A stretch of DNA of 64,000 nucleotides from Sphyrna mokarran (lineage: Eukaryota). The first letter of the stretch is position 1; each line of letters begins with the position of its first letter. A program made the position numbers and the translations under genes. Location of the stretch: NCBI GenBank assembly GCA_024679065.1, contig JAGIQG010000002.1:57412001-57476000 (forward strand). The letters are read 5' to 3'. A model generated the notes under the pieces. The model saw only the letters and a list, made by a program, of their open reading frames with translations, had not been told where the DNA came from and did not search any database. This document shows positions 25,645 through 39,055 of the stretch, piece by piece.

Positions 25645-26190
25645 TAAGATATAGGAGCAGAACTAGGCCATTTGGCCCATAGCCTCTGGTCCATTATTCA
25701 GTCTTTGCTGATATGCTTCTGATCCCCATAACCCTTCAACTCATTACTAATTAAAAATCTAACTAACTCCTCCTTAAATGTACTCATTGTCCCAGCATCC
25801 ACCACACTTTGGAGTACTGAATTCCACAGAATCACAACCTTTTGGGAAGAGTGACTTCTCCTCAAATCTGTTTTAAATTTGTTACCCCTTATCCTAAGAC
25901 TACAGCCTCTCATCCTAGAATGCCCCACAAGAGGAAGCATCCACTTCATGTTTACTTTATCCATATTTTGTATCACCTTATATACCTCAATTTGATCTTC
26001 TCCCATTCTTCTAAATTCCAGAGAGAATAGGCCTAAACTGTTCAATCTCTCTTTCGTACGACAGACTCCTCATCTCTGGAATCAACCTAGTGAATCTCCT
26101 CCAAACTGCCTCCAATGCCACTTCATCTTTCCTCAAATAAGGGGAACAGAACTGTGCACAATATTTCAGGTGCAGTCTCACCAATGCTAG
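25645..26190 (-). mobile_element. CR1 LINE 3' remnant
   Basis: LKYCAQFCSPYLRKDEVALEAVWRRFTRLIP and LGLFSLEFRRM. Confidence 0.8.
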
Positions 26191-27314
26191 TGCCGCAACA
26201 CCCCAATTGGGAAAAATGTAAATAAGTGCTTTCTTCTGCCAAACCATCTTACTCACCGAACCTCTTGCCTCTGCCATTTGGGAAGATCATTCCCACTGCT
26301 TAGCCCTTCTGGTTGCATGGCAGAATGTCTGAAATAATTTTGCATGCACTGGGATTTCCAGGTAATTCTTGGTTGAATTGTCTTTTCTGTGGACCAATAT
26401 TCCAATCCTGCAAGGTAAGATCTGGTCTAGCCTCTGATCTAGCCCTGAACATTTTTTTTATATTGTTCACTTATTGCCTAACAATATCTTTTTTAGAAGG
26501 CATCTAAAATGCATGTTAACTGTTTATCTTATAAAGTGCCTTTGAGAGTATATATTTCAACATTATTGTATACAGATACTTAGACATGTCAATTTACATA
26601 TGTTTGAATACTATTAACAGTTACAAATCATTTTCAAATGGTTTTAACAAGCTCATAAAAACACAAGTGTCTTTAAAAGCACAAAATGCATGCAGATTTT
26701 CCTTTATATCCCATGTCATCATTCTGATGGTTTTTTATAAGAAGTTGTTTCAAGCATGTAAGTTTTCAAACAGAAATATTTCCAAGCGTAAGGGCATCAA
26801 TATAGAAAGCAACTGTTAACAATGAGACCGCCAACCATGTAGACTGAAAAGGAAACATAAAATTGCAGCAAAATATTTAATGCAATTATATCTTTATTAT
26901 TTTCTCTTTTGCAGCAATGAAAAAGATATGGTGCAATTTGATTGCATGTCACAATAAGATGTAAGACAACGTAAATGCCAACACGCATTGTTTGGGCTGA
27001 CATTCATTGGTGTCAAATGAAGTTTCAAAATTGCTCAGGATTTGTTTTATAGTTGGTACTTGAAGATTGTTAATTGGACATTAGATGCCCTATTGATGGG
27101 ATTAAGCACACTGTAGTAATTATGCCATCTGGTATTGTGTTAGTTAATCTTTGATAGAAATTTGAGGTCCTCGAAATAAATTAAATGGTTGATACCATTC
27201 ACATATTCTGATCACTTAATGGGCACTTTTGGCATCTTTCTCAGCCTTCTTCATCAACATTTATATTTTCTTTGTCCAATTACAGCCGTCCCCCACCATC
27301 ATCGAAACATTAAC

Positions 27315-28300
27315 TTAGAGAACATAGAACAGGCCCTTCAGCCCGCCAAACCTGTGCCAATCATGATGCCTGTCTAAGCTAAAACTATATGCCCTTGCAG
27401 AGTCTGTGTCCTTCCATTCCCATTGTATTCATATTTGTCTAGACACCCCTTAAATGCTCCCGCACCTCCTGGCTGTGTGTTCCAGATATTCACCACCGTG
27501 GGTATAAGAAATATGTCTCCTACATCTCCCCTAAAACTTTCCCTCACGTACTTTAAATCTATGTACCCTAGTAACTGACTTTTCTATTCTAGGAAAGAGC
27601 ATCTGACTATCCACTCTGTCTATGCCACTATTAATATTGTAAACCTCTATCAGGTCACCCTTCAACCTCTGTTGTTCAGTTGTGAACAAACTGAATTTAG
27701 CCAAGCTCTTCTCATAGTTCCAGACCAAGCAACATCCTGATAAACTTCTTCTATACCCTCTCCAAAGCATCCATATCCTTCTGATAGTATGGCAACCAGA
27801 AATGTGCACAATATTCCAAATGAGGTCTAACTAAGTTTCTGTACAGCTGAAGCATGACCCACTATTTTTTATACTCAATGGCCCGATTGATAAAGGCTTC
27901 TTGACTACCACTTTCAGTGACTGGTAAGCATGTATGCCCAGATTTCTCTGCACATCAATACTGCTAAGAGTTTTATTGTTTACTGTATAATTCCTACATG
28001 CATTGGACCTTCCAAAATGCGTTATCTCACATTTGTCTGGATTAAACTCCATCTATCATTTCTCTGCCCAAGTCTTCAACTGGTCTACAGCATACTATAT
28101 CCTCTGATAATCTTCTTCACTATTCGCAACTTCATCTTTTTGCATAATCTGCGAACTTATTAATCAGACCAGCTACAATTGTTTATATATACTACAAACA
28201 ACAAAGGTACCAGAACACTTCTCTGTGGAATACCGCTAGTCACAGCCATCCATTCTGAAAAGCATCCCTCCACTGTTACTCTGTCTCTTCTATGGCCGTC
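27315..28300 (-). mobile_element. CR1 LINE 3' remnant
   Basis: MEFNPDKCEITHFGRSN and RLKGDLIEVY; tagagaacatagaaca tail. Confidence 0.8.
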
Positions 28301-29363
28301 TATCCTCTGTCTTCTATGGCCATATTAATCTCATTTAATTTTTGGATGTCAGGCAGGTTTCGCAATATCCTTATTTAACTTCAGGGTTTGCGGGGCCTAC
28401 ATATCCCCAGCCAGCTCAGTTCTTCATCTACAATGGGCGTTCCCAAACCCTTCCCACCTCTCTTTTGTTATTTGTGCTGATGGAAGGAGCTGATGATCCT
28501 AAAATACAAAATATTCAAAGGTTGAGAAGTATCCTGAATAAGCTCGTATCAGATGTGCTCCCTCTATTCCCAAATTGAATTAAAAACCACTAACTCTTGA
28601 TCTCTGTGGATATTTTTCTTTCTGATGCTGTGTGGAATTTCAATTTTATGAAGAAGTTGTGTGTCTCCATGTTGAAAGTGAATCTGAGAAGTTACTATTC
28701 CTTAGTTTGCTTATTAGTCGTAGTTTACTCATTGTCAATATAATTCTAAAATATCCATCAAGCTCAAAAGAAGTGGGTAAATTATTTAAAATTGTAGAAA
28801 GTTATGACTTTGGTTGTTTCGTTTTGGTTCAAGTTAGCATAGCCCAGCTTTCCCCAGGAGTGTACTATTTTTTCATTACATTATTGTAAGATTAGTTGAA
28901 CTTCTTGAAGAACTTTTAACTGCTCACCAGACATGAAATGATTATTTTTGCAGTGTAATTCTGACATTGCAGGGTAATGATACATAGTGTACTTGCATTG
29001 TATTGTTTTTATTTGATGGAATATTATAGAAAACAGTTATTAGCACACTAATTTTGGAGCTTTTTCAGACATTACGCAGGGGCCCATTTTTCAAACGTAT
29101 TTAGAAGTCAAGGGCAGAAGAGCAAAAGATAGAATGGTGCAGCAGTGGGAAAAGAATGAGGGGAAAGCTGCCTTATTCTTCCGCACCTTTATTCGTTTGG
29201 TCATAACCATGGAGCCAGCAAATTCAATTGTAAAAGACTGGGTAGTTTGAAAAGCACGCTCCAATAACATAAAAATAGAAAACCTCCGTCACACAAAACA
29301 CCCGACCCCCCGCCCCCCGGAATACCTCCTCCTTCAAACAAAACACCCATCCATATAACTGCA

Positions 29364-29384
29364 CCCCCCCCCCCCCCCCCCCCC
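29364..29384. repeat. Poly-C tract (21 nt)
   Basis: Read directly from the sequence. Confidence 0.9.
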
Positions 29385-30434
29385 GTCCCCGTCCTCCCTT
29401 CAAGGAACACGCTGTTGGAAGTACCTGGTCATGATTCTTTCTCTCCTGAACCAAGCACTCATCTGAACTCCTCTGACAGATTTTGCTCACTAGGTGTTTG
29501 TTGTAGGAAACCTGTTGCATGTCCATCTGAATGAACCGTCCAAACAGCGGGAGGAGAGAGTATCTGGTGGAGAGGCCTGATCATTATATTTAAATACATT
29601 CAATTAGGGAACCTGATATACAGTGACAGGATTCCCTTTATGTAAATAGTTGGAGAGCCGGCACAATCGGAACAGGAAATCCTGCTTATGTGAATGGTGT
29701 TTTGGATTTCCCAGTGTGGTCCCCTGAAAACGGGTTTGCAAAATCCCCCCCACGTGATTTCATGTGCGCCTTCTCAATAATTAAAATTTCCAATCCTGGA
29801 TGGAGCATTGCCTGTTCACAGGCTTTTCGTAATCCAAGTACAGAGTTTTTGGCTGCAGTAGAAATGGTCTGAAAACTGTACACTATAGCTTGAAATCTTA
29901 GTGCTAGCATAAACTAGCTGCACTCACGGACAGCGTTTGTTTGCAGTTCTATTCAGTGTTTTCCAGCCCCCTAATTTAAGATTAATGTTGAAAATTTATT
30001 TTAAAATTATCTTTTGTGTTTGTTTTGTTGAAGAAATTTGGAGTTTGAGAAATTGGAGAAATTATATGTGAATAGTATCTTTTCCCATTTTTTTTAACAC
30101 AACTTGAAGGTGAGTTTGAAGCATAAATTTACATTGTATTTACAACTTCACAAAAAATGTGATGAATTATTGCTGATTTTAATGTTTGCATTACTATAAA
30201 ATTTAATTTTTAGTCAACATTATTTGAACAGTTATAGTTAAAACCATATGGAATTTTGTTATGAATTGTAAGTCTTTACTGAGAAACAATTGATTGTTCA
30301 TCACTTATTCAGATTTTGCTGCATTTTGTATTAAATGTTTTCCAACTGCATTGTAAGAATTACTGCAGGATATTTAGCTTTTTGATGATGGTTGCCAAAG
30401 TAGAGTATGTAATTTTTAAAACATTATTTGTTTA

Positions 30435-31042
30435 CAGGGTGTGGGCATCACTGGCTAGGCCAGAATTTATTGCCCATTCCAAATAACCCTTGAGAAGGTG
30501 ATGGTGAGCTACTTTCTTGAACTGTTGCACTCCATGTAGTGTAGGTGCACCGACGGGAAGGGAGGGGGTTCCTGAGTTTTGACCCAAGCATTTCCTGCTT
30601 TTATCTTTCCAGGTGATAGAGGTTATGGGTTTGGAAGGAGCTGCTACAGTGCATTTTGTACATAGTACTCTCTGCTACCACTGTGCATCGGTGGTAGAGG
30701 AAGTGAATATATAAGGTGGTGAAATAGGTGTCTTTCAAATGGGCTGTTTTGTCATAGATGATCTCAAAACTTCTTGAGTGTTCTTGGAGCTGCACTAATC
30801 CAGGCAAGTGGAGACTGTTCCATCACACTCCTGATTTGTGTGATCAGATAGTGGACAAGGTTTATAGAGCCAGGAGGTGAGTTACTCAAAACTGAATTTC
30901 CAGCCTATGGCCTGCTCTTGTAGATACCATATATGACTAGCCAAGTTCGATTACTGGTCAAAGGTAACCCCAAAGATATTGATCATGGGTATTCAGTAAT
31001 GGTATTGTTATTGAATGTCAGTGGGAGATGGTTAGATTCTCT
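30435..31042 (-). mobile_element. Shark LINE 3' remnant (second family)
   Basis: gggcatcactggctaggccag.atttattgcccat, and similarity to 19860-20350. Confidence 0.6.
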
Positions 31043-31045
31043 GTT

Positions 31046-31135
31046 AGAGTCATAGAGGTTTACAGCATGGAAACAGGACTTTTGGCCCAATTTGCCCATG
31101 CCGCCCTTTTTTTAAAACTCCTAAGCTAATCCCAA
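31046..31135 (-). mobile_element. Short CR1-type 3' tail insertion
   Basis: tagagtcatagaggtttacagcatggaaacagg...ggccc is an antisense CR1 tail. Confidence 0.55.
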
Positions 31136-31137
31136 GG

Positions 31138-31224
31138 ACAAAGGAACAATGTTCCGAAAGCTTGTGGTGTTTACGATCAAATAAACCTGTTGGACTTTAA
31201 CCTGGTGTTGTGAGACTTCTTACT
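31138..31224 (+). mobile_element. PLE family A terminus, hammerhead 5' box lost
   Basis: GGAAC-AAT-GTTCC-GAAA-GCTT-GTG, then ataaacctgttggactttaacctggtgttgtgagacttcttac. Confidence 0.75.
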
Positions 31225-31635
31225 TGCTGTATATTTCAGAAACTGCTTCATTGTCTGCAAAATCATAAATGATGTTGAACACTGCGATAATCATTGAATT
31301 CCCCACTTTTGACCTTATGACATAGGTCATTGATATTTATGATGATTCCAAGGTTTATGTTACTAAATAAAGCAATTCAAAAGCAAATCTAAGTATATCA
31401 GTTTAATAGCGAATATAATGGAATAGTTGAAAAGTGAATGTTAGATCAAGTGACAGGACTTCTTCCATTAGTTCTATGTTGCTGCACTCTCTCTTTTCTC
31501 TTTTGGCTGATAGCGGCTGGGCAGTCAGGAGTTCTTGGGTGTCTGAAAGAAGAAAATCAGAAGCAGGTATTGGTGTCAGTGTTGCTATACAGGAAAGCAA
31601 AAGTCCGTGGTCACACTAACTATGGCTAATTCAGC

Positions 31636-31760
31636 TAAGAAGTCTCACAACACGAGTTTAAAGTCCAACAGGTTTATTTGGTAGGTAGTGGCAAAAGCTA
31701 GTGGCTTTTGCTACTGGATAAACCTGTTGGACTTTAACCTGGTGTTGTGAGACTTCTTAC
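31636..31760. repeat. Palindrome of two PLE family A termini with 9-bp flanking duplication
   Basis: Inverted arms of about 42 bp with 2 mismatches; gctaattca at 31625-31633 and 31762-31770. Confidence 0.8.
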
Positions 31761-31869
31761 TGCTAATTCATCTTGTCAGATAACAGGATGAGGAAATGTT
31801 GTGAATTGAGAAGGAACATAAGTATGTAACATACTATCATTTGCAATGTTCTCAGTGTCACAGGGTCTG

Positions 31870-32010
31870 TTGCAGCTGACAGCATATTGTTGAGAGCCAT
31901 CTTCTCCATGGGGTTAACAAATGGTGACACTCTTGCCCCCATTAGTTCTGGTCTGTTCCCTTCTTTTGTCTGCAATCTTGACCTGCAAGTGAGAGGGAAG
32001 AATGTCAGAG
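31870..32010 (-). pseudogene. Degenerate Harbinger Myb/SANT-like gene exon
   Basis: Acceptor ttcttccctctcacttgcag| then VKIADKRREQTRTNGG..LTPMEKMAL, resembling the K..HNRRE..RTGGG..LTP.EE motif. Confidence 0.45.
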
Positions 32011-32066
32011 GTTGGCACTGTGTTTGAGTGTTGTGCCTGCCTTAGATGACTAGCTGGAACAATGTA

Positions 32067-33856
32067 GAACATAGAACATTACAGCACAGTACAGGCCCTT
32101 CAGCTCTCGATGTTGCACCGACCAGTGGAACCAATCTAATGATCCTCTAACCTAAACTATTCCAATGTTATCCATATGCCTATCCACTGACCATTTGACT
32201 GTCCTTAAAGTTGGTGAGTCCATAACTGCTGCAGGCAGGGCATTCCACGCCATCTGAGTAAAGAACCTATCTTTGACATCCGTCCTATAACTACCACCCC
32301 TTAAGTTAAAGCTATGTCCCCTCCTGTTAGTCATCGCCATCCGAGGAAAAAGGCTTTCACTGTCCACCCTATCTAACCCTTTGATCATCTTGTACGCCTC
32401 AATGAGGTCACTTCTTAATTTCCTTCTCTCTAACAAAAACAACCTCAAATCCCTCAGCCTTTCCTCACAAGACCTTCCCACCATACCAGGCAACATCCTG
32501 GTAAACCTCCTCTGCACCCTTTCCAATGCCTCCATATCTTTCTTATAATGCAGCGACCAGAACTGTATGCAGTATTCCAAATGCGACCGCACCAGAGTTT
32601 TGTACAGTTGCAACATGACCTCACGGCTCCGAAATTCATGCCATACTTAACAACCTTATCAAACTGGGTGCCAACTTTCAGGGAGCTATGCACATGTATA
32701 CCGAGATTTCTCTGCTGGTCGACACTACTAAGAGTCCTTCCATTAGCCCTATATTCTGTACTCCTGTTACTCTTACCAAAGTGAATCACGTCACATTTTT
32801 CTGCATCAAACTCCATTTGCCACCTCTCAGCCCAGCTCTGCAGCTTATCTATGTCCCTCTGCAAACTGTAACATCCATTCTCACTGTCCACAACTCCTCC
32901 GACTTTGGTGTCGTCAGCAAATTTACTAACCCATCCCTCTACACCCTCATCTAGGTCATTTATAAAAATGACAAAGAGCCGTGGCCCCAAAACAGATCCC
33001 TGAGGTACACCACTTGTAAGTGAACTCCAGGTTGAATATTTCCCATCAACCACTACCCTTTGTCTTCTATCAGCTAGCCAATTCCTGATCCAAACTGCTA
33101 AATCACCCTCAATCCCATACATCTGCATTTTCTGCTGTAGCCTACCATGGGGAATCTTATCAAACGCTTTGCTAAAATCCATATACACCACATCAACTGC
33201 CTTATCTTTGGTCACCTTTTCAAAAAACTCAATAAGGTTTGTGAGACACGACCTACCCTTCATAAAACTGTGTTGACTATCCCTAATCAATTTATTTCTC
33301 TCTAAATGATTATAAATCCTATCCCTTATAATTCTTTCCAAAACTTTGCCCACAACAGAAGTAAGGCTTATCAGTCTAGAATTGCCAGGATGGTCTCTAC
33401 TCCCCTCCTTGAACAAGGGGACAACATTTGCTATCCTCCAGTCTTCCAGCACTATATTTGTAGCCTATGACGACATGAAGATCAAAGCCAAAGGCTCTAC
33501 AATCTCCTCCCTAGCCTCCCGGAGAATCCTGGGGTAAATCCCATCCGGCCCAGGGGACTTATCTATTTTCATACTCTGAAGAATTGCTAACATCTCCTTC
33601 TTATGTACTTCAATCCCGTGGTAGTCTACAACCCTGTATCTCAGTATTCTCCTTGACTACACTGACTTTTTCCTGCATGAATACTGACGAAAAATATTCA
33701 TTCAGTGCCTCTCCTATCTCTTCAGGCTCCATGCACAACTTCCCACTGCTGTCTCTGACTGGCCCTAATCTTGCCCTAACCAATCTTTTATTCTTAACAA
33801 AGCTATAGAAAGCTTTAGGGTTCTCCATGATCCTATCTGACAAAATCTTCTCATGT
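32067..33856 (-). mobile_element. HER1/CR1 LINE, 5' truncated, frameshifted ORF2
   Basis: ORFs 33610-33843, 32454-33452 (RT with PQGSVLGP and FADD) and 32152-32616; (TAGAACA)n tail. Confidence 0.95.
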
Positions 33857-35366
33857 CATATGAAGGCAGCAATAGGAGGATGTACATTGATTGCATTAGT
33901 AGGTGTTTGAGGATAAATAGAATATCTGGTTGCAGGTTTAATTCCTGAATGCCAGAGAATGCTGATGGGTGAGTGATCAGGATATTGTGTATTTAACAGT
34001 AGGGGAGGCTTGTGGTGTGGTGGGTCTAAAGATGTCATGTGAAGATGTAGTCACTGGCACTGATTATCCACATGTAATTATGATGCTACTTGTGGCATTG
34101 CTGCCAGTTCATTCGGCCATGCACCAGGAATTTCCCTCCCTGACTCTCTGTTCCAAATTCCTTCGAGGTATGCTCTTTTAAAATTCCCTGCCTCCCCAGT
34201 CAGAACTGTGGTGCCTCTCTCCTGTCCACTTCTACCACTAAGGCCTGTAGAACCATATCTATGACTTTGAAACCCTTTTTCTATACCTGGTGTTCCATTT
34301 TCTTTGTTTAGAATTGCAGTCTCCTGCAATAAAATATAGTTTCCCTTTAAGAGGGACAGAAAGCCTTTAAGAACAGAAGGCTGGTTGCAGCATGTATTAT
34401 GAGAATAATTCTGGTAGGTTCCCTGTAGAGCATGAGGCTAACAGCAGCATGCAGAGGGAGCTCAAAGTGCAGAAGTTGCTCGGTCTAATACTGTTATGAA
34501 ATGATAACACTGAATTTATTTCCACTGGAACTAGAGTGGGCAGGTCACAAATTGTGACCCCTCAAATTCAAAGGACAGCCCTATATTTAGCTCTACATCT
34601 GGAATGTAGCAATTAAAATATATTCTAAAGTTGAAGTTTGACACAGTTTCAAATTAATATGGAAGAACAAACTCTATGCAAAGTGATTTGGACCATATCT
34701 GATCTCTTAAGGATAGAATAACCTTTTGCTATATATAAAACGGGTAAACGTTTTGGTAATGTAATTGGATAACTAAATAAATGTGCACTGAACTGCAAGC
34801 GAGCTGTCAATTGAATGCATGTTTAAGTCAAAGTTCAAAAACAACCTTGTCTCTTTTGTAATTTTTATTCCATAATGCTAAGGTTCATAGTAGCATAAAG
34901 GAACAATAACTCCAGTTCTGCTGTGGACTAACATCTTGGTGTGAAGTTCCATTGATTGATACTTCTAGCACTGTCCAATGTTTGATGATCAATCTGAAAC
35001 CCTCAATGATTTACCAGCAAATTATTTCTACTGATCTGTTCAGTTGGCAGAGCATTATAGCATTATGTATGTGAGAATTTTACCAATGAAAGCAGAATTT
35101 CCCAGTGACTATCACAGCATGAGGCAATACCTTTGCCCTTGTAAAGATGTTGGGACCTTTTAAATCTTGCTTTGTGTTCTGTGTTCTCGTAATTTATCTT
35201 AGAGAGCTTCCAAATTGGCAGTGCAGTGATATCATCTGAACTGGCTGTTGTTTGCATAATCTGAAATCTATTTTCATCATCCATCTAATACAGTATAATT
35301 GTAAAGAGGATTTTTTTTTGCTCTCTTGAAAAAGACATTTGATTTTGTGAATTGGATTACTAATTG

Positions 35367-35690
35367 TAGAATCTTGACAGTGCAGGAAGAGGTTGTTCAG
35401 CGCATTGAGACTGCACCAATATTAATCCCACCCAGACCCTATCCACACAACCTCATGAATGTATCCTAATAATTCACACATTTACTTTAATTATCCCCCT
35501 GACACGAAGGGTCAATTTAGCATAGCCAATCCACTTAACCCAGGTAACTTTGGACTGAGAGAGGAAACCAAGAATCCAGAGCAAACACACGGAGAATGTG
35601 CAAACTTCATATGGACTGTTTCCCGTGCCTAGGACTGGACTTGAGTCCTTAGCACTGTGGGGCAGCAATGCTAACCACTGAGCCACCATT
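35367..35690 (-). mobile_element. HE1-type V-SINE
   Basis: Antisense V-domain cacggagaatgtgcaaac and head gcagcaatgctaaccactg. Confidence 0.75.
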
Positions 35691-35729
35691 CTGTCCTGGT
35701 TCTGATGCCCTTGGAGATTTTTGAATGGG

Positions 35730-36065
35730 TGATGATGATATGGTGGTAACACCACTGAATTAATAATCCAAAGACCCAGGATAATGCTGTGGGTTCAAAT
35801 CTCACCACAGCAACTGCTGGAATTGAAATTCAATTAATAAATCTGAAATAGTAGTAGTGATTATGAAACTGTCATTAATTATTGTTAAAAATCCAATAGA
35901 TTCACCTATTTCCATTAGAAGGAACTCTGCTGACCTGACCTGGTCTGGACTCCATATGACTCCAGATCCACAACAATGTGGATGACTCATAACTGCCCAT
36001 AATTTAATGGCAATTAGGGCCTTGTCAGAAATGCCCACATCTCATGAAAGAATGAATTAAAAATA
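35730..36065 (+). mobile_element. tRNA-derived shark SINE (family unassigned)
   Basis: gggttcaaatctcaccac B-box-like motif; 3' end gcccacatctcatgaaagaat related to the LINE at 30435. Confidence 0.6.
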
Positions 36066-36087
36066 AATGTTGTCCAGTAATTGGATG

Positions 36088-36394
36088 GAATCCCTACAAT
36101 GCAGAAGGAGGCTATTTGTCCCATTGAGTCTGCAGCAACTACAATCCTAGCCACGTCCTACCGCATAAGCCCATAATATTTATCTACTCATCCCTTGACA
36201 TTAAAAGGCAATTTAGCTTGGCCAATGAACCTAACCATGCATCTTTGGAGTGTGGGAGGAAATTGGAGCACCTGGAGGAACTCCATGCAGGCACAAAGAG
36301 AATGTGCAAACTCCACATAGATAGTGACACAAGCCGGGAATCAAACCCAGGTCCCTGGCACTGTGAGGAAGTAGTGCTAACCACTATGCCGCCC
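36088..36394 (-). mobile_element. HE1-type V-SINE
   Basis: Antisense tail, V-domain and head all present. Confidence 0.8.
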
Positions 36395-37146
36395 AGTGTG
36401 ATAGCCTGAGTAGCTGATCCAGGTCATTTATTATTTAATCCCAATGGTATCAAACAAGTTTGTGTTCTTGTGCTCTTTACCAAACTCTTTTCAGCAGCTT
36501 GAAGCACTGTGATCTGTTTGATGCAGCACTGATACCATCAACTTTCATTATATGCGTGCAATATTGAAAATAATACAAGTAACATACCAATTAAATTCAT
36601 GTTCAAATTCAGCAGTGTTCTTTTGCAGGCAAGCAAGACCAAAGGTAGGATAGTATGATGGCAGAGTTGCTGCTTGGGTGAGTGGACATCATGCACACTC
36701 CCTCCCTCTCCCCAAAAACAAAGTTTCCGTAGAGCCAAAAAATATGGCAGGATAGATTAATGAGGGCCAAGTGAGATTTCTACCCTAACTGGGGAGAGGG
36801 GGAGTTTCCATGCTCATAGTTGTCAGCCAATCTGATTGGCCAGCAACTGCATCAGTCCCAGGAGCACCAGGGGGCATCAGTCTCTGCTATAGAAATAACA
36901 GGAGAGGAAGAAGACCAAGGCCCATGGATCCCTGAGGCAATTAAGACCAGGATCTTGAGCCAGGAAGATTCATGTAAGTTAGGGAGAGAAACAGGGGGGA
37001 GGAGTTGACTGAAAGGAGGGAATGATTAGGAAGGAAGAAGGGGTTTCAATCTTTGAGGGCAACCACGTTTGATAAAGAGCTATCCCCAAAGAGCAACCCC
37101 TCCCCTTCCTGCCCTTTAAACATCTAAGAGAAAAAAACATAGTACC

Positions 37147-37510
37147 ATAGAATCCTTACAGTGCAGAAAAAGGCAATTTGGCCCATCGAGTCAGTACTAT
37201 CACTTCAAAAGAGCATCTTACCCAGATCAACATGCCCATCCTATCTCCGTAGCCCTGCACATTTACAATGATTACCAAATGATTACTAAATCCTTCCTAT
37301 CTTTGGACACTAAGATACAATTTAGCACGGCCAGTCTATCTAACCTGCACATCTTTGGGTTGTGAGAGGAAATCGAAGCACCCGGAGGAAACCCATACAG
37401 ACACTGGGAGAATGTGCAAACTCCACACAGACAGTGACCCAAGGGCAGAATCAAACCTGGATTCCTCACACTGTGAAGCAGCAGTGCTAAAGACTGTGCC
37501 ACAACACCAT
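37147..37510 (-). mobile_element. HE1-type V-SINE
   Basis: Antisense tail, V-domain (cacccggaggaaaccca) and head all present. Confidence 0.8.
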
Positions 37511-37799
37511 CTGAACTGCTTGTTCCCACTCATGCCAAACATTTAATGGCACGGACAGCATATTATCAAGATGAATAGGATTGATAACAAGTCTAATTGA
37601 CTCTTGATTAGTTATTTTAATATGGTGAGCAGTCTTTCAACTTCAGCATATACCTACTACCTTCTGTATTTTGGGACAGGGTGAGCTCAGTGATGAGCAG
37701 GAAGGTGGTGAGTTAGGCACCTGCACACACCCTAATCTATATGCTTCTCTATGTGGGAAATATGCCCCACATTACTTATTGGATTGACATGGTGAGTTC

Positions 37800-38005
37800 T
37801 GCATTTGGAAACTTGCCTGGAGGCTCTCAAGACAAAAGTTGCCATATATCAGACTCAGCACTTTACTATTAGGCTTGGAGCTGCGAATTTGCTGTCACTG
37901 TCAAGTCAAGCAACAGGACTATTCAAACTGACAATATCTACAATATATTGCTGGCATCAAATACCAGGACAAGATGTCAAACACCAAAGTTCTCATTTGT
38001 TGCAA
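37800..38005 (+). mobile_element. Old RTE-clade LINE remnant
   Basis: TKVAIYQ and LQYIAGIKYQDKMSNTKVL resemble RTE TKVAVY and LRRILGIKWQDKVSNTEVL. Confidence 0.5.
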
Positions 38006-38929
38006 TGTAATTGGAATTGAGGCCATGATCAAAAAGGATCCTGTTGCTTTCTTCTGAACATGAGGTGCACATGACTGATTACAGAATTCCCAAAGCCATT
38101 TTTCTACGATTAGTTGCAACACAGATATAGCAAAAGAGGTGTGCTGATAAAATGTTATAGAGACACACTAATGGATATTTTAAAGCTTGGCATTGTTAAC
38201 TTCAGTACCTGGGAAATCACAGCTATCAACAGACCATAAATGCAGCATCTCAGCTGCACGGGTTTCAATGAGTTTGAGGCTGCAAGGCTTTGATATGTGG
38301 CTGCCAAGCACCTGGCAGCCAAAACAACTCATCTATCTACCTTCTACGACTTTTAAAGTGATGTTTGCACCATGTACATGTGTTCACGATCAGGCTGTAC
38401 CCTTATGAACATACCCATAAGAACTGAGACTCATCCATCGAAGTGATTGGACATTGCATTGTTTTTAGTGAAATTTTATTCCTATTATTTTTGAATTTGT
38501 TTCTGATTGTACCTAAAGTACAAATGAGATGTAAATAGTCATATTATTAATGCATATAATCAGCAGAGCAATTTTTCCCTCAAATATGTGATGTTTCAAC
38601 TTTCTTAAATAAAATTGTGCACTTTTGAAGTCTCCAATAATACAATTCACGATATTTTTATAAATGTGGAATATACAAGATCCATTGTTATCCACAAAGA
38701 TGAATAGTAAATTGGATTTTAAACTTCTCAGATCATGGGTGAATTGACAGAACTGAGACAGATTTAGTGCCAGGTGTTTAAGATTGTACAGGTTATTTCT
38801 TGGATAAATTGCTCTTTCCTAGCTTGAGAAAAGCAGACAATATATGCAAACAATGTGTGGGTGTTTCAAATGAGTTCTGTTCAACAGGCGGAGTATTCAC
38901 AGAAAATAAACACTGAATATTCATAACCT

Positions 38930-39055
38930 GAAATAAGAGGAAATGATGGAATTACAGCAGGTCCTCCAGCATCCTCAAAGAGAAAAGGTACGTTCATGTT
39001 TCGAGGGAGATTTGTCATCAGTTGGCGGAGGGCCTCCACCTGAAACATTAAGTCT
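38930..39055. mobile_element. Degenerate PLE family B termini (apparently head-to-head)
   Basis: cagcaggtc..cagcatc...tgtttcg...tcatcag followed by cacctgaaacattaa. Confidence 0.4.

Noticed and set aside
31514-31566. Short + strand exon-like segment after a pyrimidine tract
   Set aside because: Too short to identify, and such signals arise by chance.
35131-35284. Possible - strand exon (MDDENRFQ..., donor AAG|GTATTG)
   Set aside because: Splice signals are plausible but there is no homology I can recognise; needs RNA-seq.
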